Assembly: GCA_033442325.1 (NCBI GenBank)
Contig: JAWQFM010000034.1
Coordinates: 723,965-752,076, forward strand
Source: Salpingoeca rosetta
Taxonomy: Eukaryota; Protista; Choanoflagellata
DNA: 28,112 nt
Direction of reading: 5' to 3'
Shown here piece after piece: positions 19,901 to 28,112 of this stretch; within the stretch, counting starts at the first letter, position 1, and the number at the start of each line of letters is the position of its first letter. The notes beneath the pieces are model-generated. The model saw only the letters and a list, made by a program, of their open reading frames with translations. It made no database searches and was not told the origin of the DNA. A program made the position numbers and the translations under genes.

Positions 19901-22900
19901 TCGACAGTCAGCGTCTCCCAAGACGTGAGGTTGCGAGTTGCACGCTCACTTGAGAAAAACACCTCAAGCGTGGTACCGCGCGTCAAGTCGAGGTCAATGA
20001 CGTTTGTAACGCGTCCTCGCCACTCAAACGTGCGAGTTCCTGCATATAACAAGTGGGGTGCGAAGACAAACTCAGCTTGCTCTTCCATGGTGAGGTCGAC
20101 GGGTGGCTGCACGCGGCGGTCGTGAGGGTCAAAGATCCACGTCTGGTTGGCGAAGCAGTGGATCGTTGTGGTCCTGTCGCCGGTGAGCTTCTCAACGTCA
20201 ACCATGATGCCCTGCACGGCGGGATGCACGCGAACAATGCCGGTGCGAACCACCTTGAGCTCAGCAAAGTTGAGGTGGTGCACGTCGTGCCGGTCAATCT
20301 CATGCACTTGCTTGTGGCCATGGTTTGCGTTGTCGATGGTGAGCACGGTTCGCACCGCGCCACCCAGTGCAACATCTTCGACAAACACGGTGCCCGCACC
20401 GCCGTGAGCGGCGTCCAGGCCAGCCGTGCCAGTGCCGCCAAGCGCCTGCATGGTGCCTGAATACTGGAGGTCAAAGGCAGCGTGGACGGCAACGCGGCCG
20501 CCGCTGCCACCGGTGTAGCCGTTGCCACCATCAGCACGAATGACACCCGTGCCTCGCAGCTCGTCCCCAACTTCAATCAAGATGGAGCCGCCAGAGCCTC
20601 CGCCGCTTGCTCCATCCACTGCAAGCACGCCGTCCACGAAGACGTCAATGGCCTGGATGAAGATGTGTCCACCGCCGTTGCCGCCCTGCGAACCGCGGTA
20701 GCCCGTTGTCGTGGGCGCATAAAACGTGCCAAAGTACGCGGATGGCGCTTGCACATCGGATGCGACACCGCCGTGTGAGGCGTGGCCAGCACCGCACTGC
20801 GAGCAGAGCCCGGGTTGCACCTGGGTCTCAACGCCACTGCAGTCAATGGATGCACCACGCTCGATGTTCAATACCCCGACGTCGAGCTCTAGGTGTTCCT
20901 GGTGGATGGTCGCACCAGTGCGGACATGAATCGCACCAGCGCGAAGTGTCAGTGGTCCGCCAGCGAATGTAGAGAGAGTTGAGCCGGACAGCAGCTCGAG
21001 CTCGTCAATTGTCACCTCGTTGGGCGTGTCGACATTGTTGTACACGGGTTCGTTGAATGTGGATGCTGATTCGTCAAGAGACGCTTTCACCATGCGTTCA
21101 CCAAGCACGACCGTTGCTCCCTCACCAATAGTGAGGCGGTTGGCGTTTGTGAGCTTGCCATTGACATGCAGAGCGTGGCCAATGACAGCAACAGACTGAG
21201 GCAAAATCAGCTCGCCACCTTCGTCAACCGTAAAGTCATGGGCAACAACAAGTCGAAATGTGCTGCGCGGTGTGCTGAAAGCGACCCACATTCTCTGTCC
21301 ATTCTGAACGAGCAGGTGACCCGTCTTGTCACCACCCAGCTCCACGGCACGGAGGCTGCTGCCCACAAACTCCACGCGGGCGCCACCGAAGATGTCAAGG
21401 CGGTCAAATACAAAGTCTGTCATGCCAGTCTGCTCAATCACGGTCGTGGGGGTGTCAGCGTGCGCCGCGCCGTTCTCGTTGTCAACTTGCAGGGACACCT
21501 CTGTTGACCCAAGGCGGGCGTTGACAAAGTGGAAGGTGCCTGGCGCGCCGACATCGTTGCTGCCGTGTCCGCCAGACGTGTACACCTCGCCGGCATACTG
21601 CGACAACGTGTCCACGACCACGGCAATGCGGCCGCCAGCACCAGAGCCTGCAGACGAAGCAGAGCCACCGCGAGCAGCGAGGTCGCCCGTGCCCGTGAGT
21701 TTTGATGCCTGGATGAAGATGGAACCACCCGCGCCAGCACCAACAGTAGCATCCTGCCCAGCGGCAGTGATTGTACCGGCGAGTCTCAGTTCCAGGCTGC
21801 TGACGATGTGCACGAGCCCGCCACCATGCACAGTTAAGCCACCGCTGCCCGGCATGTCTGGCGTCCCAAAGTCGCCGTACGCACAGCTAGCACCGGCACC
21901 ACCAGCGAATCCACCATGGCCGGCGCCAACAGCATCGCTGCCGGGACACGGGCCGGCGCCAGCCTCGTACCCGTGCTCGTCCAAGTCAATGACTGACTGT
22001 GGCTGCAGCACAAGCTCACCGACACCTGCAGTCAGTCGGTGAGCAGAGAGTCTGGAGGCGAAGCCAAGAACGAGGCGGCCTGCGGCAAGTGAGATGTCGT
22101 GTGTATGGTTTCCACCAAACACAAGCTGAGAGTGCGTGCCGAGTTCCAGCGCCCCAAACTTGAACTCGCCCGGCTGGCTGATGAAGCCATAACCAGATGC
22201 TTCGTCATACTGAGCCGTGCGCACGGTGTGATCAAGGTGCAGGACCCCATGTGGTTGCACATACACTCGCTGGGCGTTCGTGAGCTGACCAGCGATGACG
22301 CTACTTGGACCAACAAACTGCACCGCTGGTGGAAGCAGTAGCTCGCCTTGTGCCCTGAGGAAGATGTTTGAAGCAACGCGAGCAATCACGTTGCGGCTCG
22401 TCGATGTTTCGAGGAACACGCGCATGCTGTCGTGCACCAGGATGGTGGTTGACTCATCGGACACCAGGTCCACAATGGTCAGTGTCAGCGTTGCTTGTGT
22501 GTCGTCTGTCATCGACAGCTTGGCGCTGTCGGCCATGTGCACCTCATCAAACGCATACGCCGTGGCCCCCGCACAGCCCGAGAGCCGCGTGTACGGGTCC
22601 GTGTCGCGCTTGGCGTTCTCCAGGAACAGCTGGCGGAACGGATAACCGGTGGGCTGCGACGTGACATACGCCGTGCCAGATGCGCCGTGTCCGAGGCGCC
22701 CGCTGCCACCTCGGGTGAGCAGGCTGCCCTGGAAGTGGTTGGTCTTTGCCACCTCAATCACAATGCGGCCACCGCTGCCCGCGCTGCCACAGGTGGAGCA
22801 CGTGGCGTCGCCGCCAGCGACGGAGATGGTACCAACACCGTGCATCGTGTCCGACACACGCATGTAGAAGGAGCCGCCACTGCCAGAGCCGCTGCTGCCA

Positions 22901-23747
22901 CCAGCATGGGCACCATCGACAGCAACTCTGCCATCAATGCTGGCGTCCTGCGTTTCCACGCGGATAAAACCACCACCACGCCCGCCGTTAGTGTTGCCGC
23001 CGCCAGAGCCGAAGCGGTCCGCCCAGTACACGCAGCCGTGCTCGTCGACATGTGTGCCAGACACGGGCCCAGATGCGCCACCATAGCTGCCGCCAGTTCC
23101 GAGCATGAGCCCACCGCCAAAGCCTTGGCCAAAGGCATGGCCGAGGCCCGTGGCGGAGAGCACAGCGCCGTAGCCAACAGTGAACGTGGTTGACGTGAAG
23201 ATGACATGGCCCGCATCCATCTGCCCACCTGCAGTGAGCAAAAAGTCAACAGCAGAGAAGCGCATGGCCGTATCAGCCACACGCGTGTGCTGCTGCAAGG
23301 GTACGTCGCTGCCTTGCACGCCGTCGTAGGCGCCGTCCTCGGCATCTCCTTCAATGGTAACCTGGCCATCCTGTGCAACCTCAAAGTACCGGAATGACAG
23401 CTGACCCGGGGGATCGATGAACGTGTATGAGCCCGCGCCCTCGCCCGTGGCCGTGTGACTTGTGCGGCGGAAGCGCACGGTGGCACCGTTGCTGACAACC
23501 ATCTGATTACCGCCTGTGAGCAGACCTTGCAGGTCCAGGGTTGGCGACACGGAGGTGCCCGGGACTGTCACCCGCTGCGGAAGCACCAGCTCAGCCGAGG
23601 GCTCGACCACAAATGCGCTCGGAAGTGAGAGCGGGCGGCTCACAGCTGCTCGGGACACAGCCACATACAGAGACACGCCATCACGCACATACGCGCGAGC
23701 AGTTGCATCACCAGTGACACGACGCAGGATGATCTTGGCAGTGGCCC
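16959..23747 (-). CDS. Giant Gly-rich repeat / beta-helix extracellular protein, downstream segment (continues the 23745-28112 segment after a 1-nt frameshift; 3'-partial at gap)
   Basis: ORF of >2200 codons with ~400-aa units: GGxHGG..G..YG....P...GSxGG / GGGxGGSI.I....L.G.G.I.A.GG / GSGGRIAV / F.G....GG / GGAGTVY. Ends in a probable donor G|GTGAG at 16958 just before the N gap. Confidence 0.85.
18587..19521. repeat. Exact tandem duplication: 458 bp x2 (18587-19044 and 19064-19521) with a 19-bp spacer; period 477 bp, in frame
   Basis: Line-by-line comparison showed no mismatches. Spacer tgagagcctgtttacctcg at 19045-19063. Protein reads ...FEQVH-EVNRLS-GGWMKL... Confidence 0.97.
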
Positions 23748-26700
23748 TTGAACACCAGACGCTGGCTCGAAGGAAACCTCTGCCGCTTGCAAGATGGCAA
23801 GTCGATCAATCACCACGTCAGCAGGATTGCCGTCAACATCAACAGCCCCGAAGGATGTGGGCAGCTGAGGGCGATGGCCGCTGTTCTTAAACACGACAGA
23901 CGTCGTGGGAATGCCAAACAGCAGTTGTGCCCTGTAAATGGTGCCTGGCGCACCAGCAGTCGCGGCTGACGTTGAGCCGCCACCACCAAGAGCACGGAAC
24001 TCACCCGCAAACTGGGACTGGTCGGGCGTTTGCACGGAGATGCGCCCACCAGAGCCACCGTAAGCACCAGCGCCCGTTACCCGACCGCCGTTGGCGGTCA
24101 TGGACCCGTGGCCCTTGAGCACGTCCGCCTCGATCAGGATGGAACCGCCAGAGCCCGCGCCAGTGCTCGCGGAGTCGCCATTCACCACAAGTTCGCCGTT
24201 GAGAAGCAGCTCGCCTGCAACGTGGAAGCTGATGACGCCGCCACCGCGTGCAACGCCGTTGGCGCCGCTGCCATACGATCTTGGCCACATTGTGGAGCCG
24301 TACGTCACCTCGCTGCGCTGTGGGCCTGAGCCGGGACCACCGTGGGAGGCGCCGCTGTTAGCGCCAGCGGCACCGGGGCCAGCAAGCTCGCCGAAGCCAG
24401 ACAGGCCGATGTTGGCGCCGTTGCCGAGGAAGGCGTTGTCGCAGATGAACGTGAAGTTGCGCGTGCCTGAGTCGGGCGTGTCCAGCAGCGCGTTGTAGCC
24501 CATTTGGAAGTAGCCGATGCGCAGAATGGGGTGGGCCGTGCCCAGTCGCATGACGGAGTCATCCTGAAGCACCAGAGAGTCCAACACGTAAGTGGTGGCA
24601 TCACCGTCAGTACCGACGACCGCGCCTTCATCAAGCTGAAGCCGTGCCGACTTGCCAACCACAACAGCAAGCGTATCCAACTGGGCGCCGTCGTGCACAA
24701 CTGCGCGTGTGTTTGGACCAAGACTGAGGTACGGGCCAAGAACCTGGCCATACACCTCCAAAGCGGGGTTGCGCGTGCCCAGCAACAGCGTCGTGTTGAC
24801 CAGGTCAAGCACAGCACCCGTGCCCACCTTGAAGTTCACCAGGCAGCGTGCATCTTCAAACTCAGCAACACGCAGTTCGCTGTTGTCAAGCAAGTCAACG
24901 AGACCACCGCCATTGCCGGTCACGGTTGTTGCTGTGACGACTGCGCCTGGCTGCACAATAAAGGTTGCGCCGTCCATGACCATGAGTTCAGCAACGGTTA
25001 CATTGTCGCCGTACTCAGGGTCGCGCAGCGTGGTTGAGCCTTCACCAGCAATGGTCACGCGATCGCGCCACACACCGTCAACCTGATCACGCAGGAACAC
25101 CGTACCAGGCCCAGCACCGTTGCCACCACCGTATGCGGCCAGCGTGCCCTCAAAGCGGTACTCGTTGTTGGTGGTGACTTCGACGGCAATGCGGCCGCCA
25201 GAGCCGCCGTAGGTGCCGGTCCCGCCGTTGGCCTGGATGGTACCCGTAACTCCATGCAGCTTAGGTGTTGTAATGTACACGCTACCGCCTGCACCGCCGC
25301 CAACAGAACCCGATGCGCCATTTGCTTGGATAGTGCCGTCGTGTGTCATCTTCTCGCCCACAATCAGACGGACAACGCCGCCACCAAGGCCACCTGATCC
25401 GCTGGACGCTGCGCCGCCCGCTTCCAGCGGTGCGGTCACAGAGCCGTACACGTCATCGTCGTGTTGGGTAAAGCCGCCATGGAAGCCACCACGGCCAGCT
25501 GTAGTCGGCGTGCCCTTGGGGTTCGACGCGACACCATTTGATACGATGCGTGAACCACCGCGGGTGACCAAATCCCTGACACGAACCACTGTGGGCGTTG
25601 TTGCGTTGTGCTGCACGGTGATGTACGAGTTGCCCTGCAGCTCAAGGCGGTCATACTCGTGTTCGCCCGGCTCCAAGAAGCAGTTTTCCCCTGGTGAGAG
25701 GGTGAAGCCTGTGCGGTAGTCGCAGGAGATGGCGTACGTCATGTTCCAGTACGTGTAGTTGACCCGTTCAACCATGGTCTCGTTCCAGAAGTACGTCTGC
25801 TCATGGATACGTGTCTCGATGTACGTGTACCACGGCCGAAGCGAGTCAACACAGGCTGATGCACTGCCGTGGCCAATGTACAGGCGACGGTCACCCAGCG
25901 TCTGTGGCCAGGGCAGGTCAGCGGTCAGGTTGGCTGCGGAGAAGTCGCTTGTGATTCCGGCACTCTCAAAAATCGCGGCAACGTCTGCAGACGCATTCCC
26001 GCTGAGCTCGCCGGCAACAAACTGCTCAAGGGCACGAGAGTAGTTGCATGCTCCCTGCACAATGCTGTAAAGCGAGCCGTCGACCAGCGTGACGTTGTAT
26101 GGAAGTTGCCGAACAGCGTGCTTTTCTTCCGTGGTGAGCTGGTAGTAAAACGAGTCGAACGTCACATTTCGCTCGTCCACGATCAGCGTACCCTCGCGAC
26201 AGGGATTGTAGACAGCATACGATGTATCATTGTGCAGTTTGATACCCGTCGGACAGGGCTCGTTGTCGTAGAAGTGATAACACTTGGACGACAAACATGC
26301 ATCCTCTGTCGTCTGATCCGCGCATGTCGTCGGCTGCCAGTCGTACGAGAACACGGGCTCATAAAACGGATCCACCTTGCACGTGTGCTGGAATCGGTCT
26401 GCACTTGTGCAGTTTGATTCGCGACACACGTCTGCAAAGAAGTCGTCACAGTCTGGGCCCTTCTCGCAGTAGCGCTCGGGTCGTTCGGGGCACTCCGTCT
26501 CCGAGTGGAGGTCGTCGATGGGCTGGTCCTGGCAGCCGCAGGTCTGTGTGTTTGGATGCCAGAAGCAAGCACTGCCCTCAATGCGTCCGGCTTCTTCAAC
26601 GTCGACGTGCGCCGCATCACGCGTGGGCTCAGGGATGCCTGCAAAGTCGTACGTGGCACCGAAATGCACATTCAAGGAATCAACGGCGAGACGGGTGCTG

Positions 26701-28112
26701 AGCGGTGACAGAGAAATCACTGTGCCCTGGTACATCACCGTCACAGCCATCATCTCATACGTGCCAGGGGTTTGTCCACTTGTGTAGCCTGTAGACGCAA
26801 CCTTCCACACACCGTCCTTGCCCACGAGCAGGTGCTCGAGCCCGTTGAGCTGGCCCTGCGAGACCATAGTTGCGCGCAGCTCCACGGTTGCGGGCAGGTC
26901 GGCAATGCTGCCCTCCTGCAGGAAGAGGTCAAGGCGGATGTCTCGCTCCTCGTCCTCGCTCGTGGCCGGCGGCAGCGTCACGCGCTGGTCGCGGCCAATC
27001 ACAAGGCGCGCTGTTCCGCCCGTGCCTAGCAGGTGCGTTGCCGTGAGGGCAGAGGGCTGCCCTGGCGCGGGGTACATGGCAAGCTGAGCACCGTCGCCAA
27101 CACGCACCTCGTCAAACGAGTACACAAAGGTACCCGTGCCAGGCAGGTTGAGCGTATCGTCGCCAAAGGAGAGGTAGCTGATAGCTGGGTTGCGTGACAC
27201 GTCGTCAAAGTCAAATGCTGCCTGTGCGGGGAAGGATGGCGGCGTGCGCCCACCATTGTTCAGCTCAAGAACGGTGTACGTGTTGCCATCCGCCTGGGTG
27301 CGTTCCGTGTACAGGATACCTGCAGCGCCCACCTCAAAGCCGTCGCCACCAACAGCGCTGATGGTGCCGAAGAAGCGGGACTGTGTCTCGTCGTAGCTGA
27401 GTGAGATGATGCCACCAGAACCACCGCCACCGCGGAGGTTGTTGTACACGCCGCCGTCACCGCCGTCAGCTGCGAGGGACCCAAAGCCGTGCAGCGTCGT
27501 GGCGGTAATCCACAGGCTGCCGCCAGCACCGCCACCGCCGTCAACAGACACGCTCTCGCCAGAAACGTCGATGCGGCCCTCCAGCAGAACGGTGTCCGCG
27601 GAGATGCGAACAGCGCCACCGCCGCGGCCGGCCTGGCCTTGCGACCCAGTGGATCCACCAGGCCCCATCGTCACGGGCGCGAAGATGGAGCCAAACGGTT
27701 GCGAGCGTGTCACAGACGTGGAGCCGCGGCCGCCGCAGCCGGCATGCGAGGCGCCGTAGCGGTTGCCCTGCACAGTACCCGGACCCGTGTTTGGCGCATA
27801 GCCGAGCGACGCCGCCGTGATGATGCTGTCGACATGCATGTTGACCTTTGTCGACGCAATCGTTGCGTTGCGCACGCGAATCTCGGAGTATCCCTGCAGC
27901 TCCAGGTCATCCACCTTGAACGTGGTGGTGTTCATCGTATCCGTGGCCAGCCATGTGGCACCGGCTGACAGCACCAGTCGTGACAGCTCGACCAGGTTCT
28001 GCGCACCGCCCTGAGACGGTGACGGAACAATGGCCGCGTCCTCGTACATGGTGACTGTGCAGTCTGAGACCGTGAGCTCGCTCAGGCTGGTGACGCGGCC
28101 GCGGTTGTACAA
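23745..28112 (-). CDS. Giant Gly-rich repeat / beta-helix extracellular protein, upstream segment (5'-partial, runs off window)
   Basis: Open from the window edge for ~1455 codons. Three Gly-rich units plus a Cys-rich, N-glycosylation-sequon-rich insert (~26570-25720). Same repeat grammar as the other segments. Confidence 0.85.

Noticed and set aside
163-28014. Numerous long plus-strand and alternate-frame ORFs (e.g. 3207-4739, 18211-19047, 19063-19854)
   Set aside because: Shadow ORFs of GC-rich minus-strand coding sequence, with no recognisable motifs.
16959-28112. Naming the giant proteins tenascin, collagen, PE-PGRS or a bacterial autotransporter
   Set aside because: No EGF, FN3 or fibrinogen domains, no Gly-X-Y triplets, and no PE or beta-barrel domain; the related gene has spliceosomal introns.

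Overview
GC-rich eukaryotic genomic DNA with short GT-AG introns full of (TG)n/(CA)n tracts and three assembly gaps. The style suggests a choanoflagellate such as Salpingoeca (inference only). All supportable genes are on the minus strand. (1) 28112->16959: the middle of a giant extracellular protein made of ~400-aa Gly-rich/beta-solenoid repeats, encoded as one >11-kb intronless stretch. It has a 1-nt frameshift near 23745, an exact in-frame 458-bp tandem duplication, and is cut off at a gap. (2) ~16850-16250: a decayed, possibly retropepsin-like remnant. (3) 16012->13714: a complete 7-exon AIM24/DUF124 gene (265 aa) with Cys-substituted motifs. (4) 12997-><1: a multi-exon gene (>3400 aa sequenced) for a protein of the same giant repeat family. 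Its N-terminus is unusual: signal peptide, then an intact ROX/NO66-type JmjC 2-oxoglutarate/Fe(II) oxygenase, an RVRR furin-type site, a 22-Cys Asp/Ser-rich module, a Gly-rich repeat with F5/8C and two HYR domains inserted, a cupredoxin-like domain lacking copper ligands, a beta-solenoid array and further Gly-rich repeats. The headline candidate system is a secretory-pathway JmjC oxygenase fused as a cleavable pro-domain to a giant surface protein, which it may modify in cis. Exon structures were read by hand and checked for phase consistency; no database searches were run.
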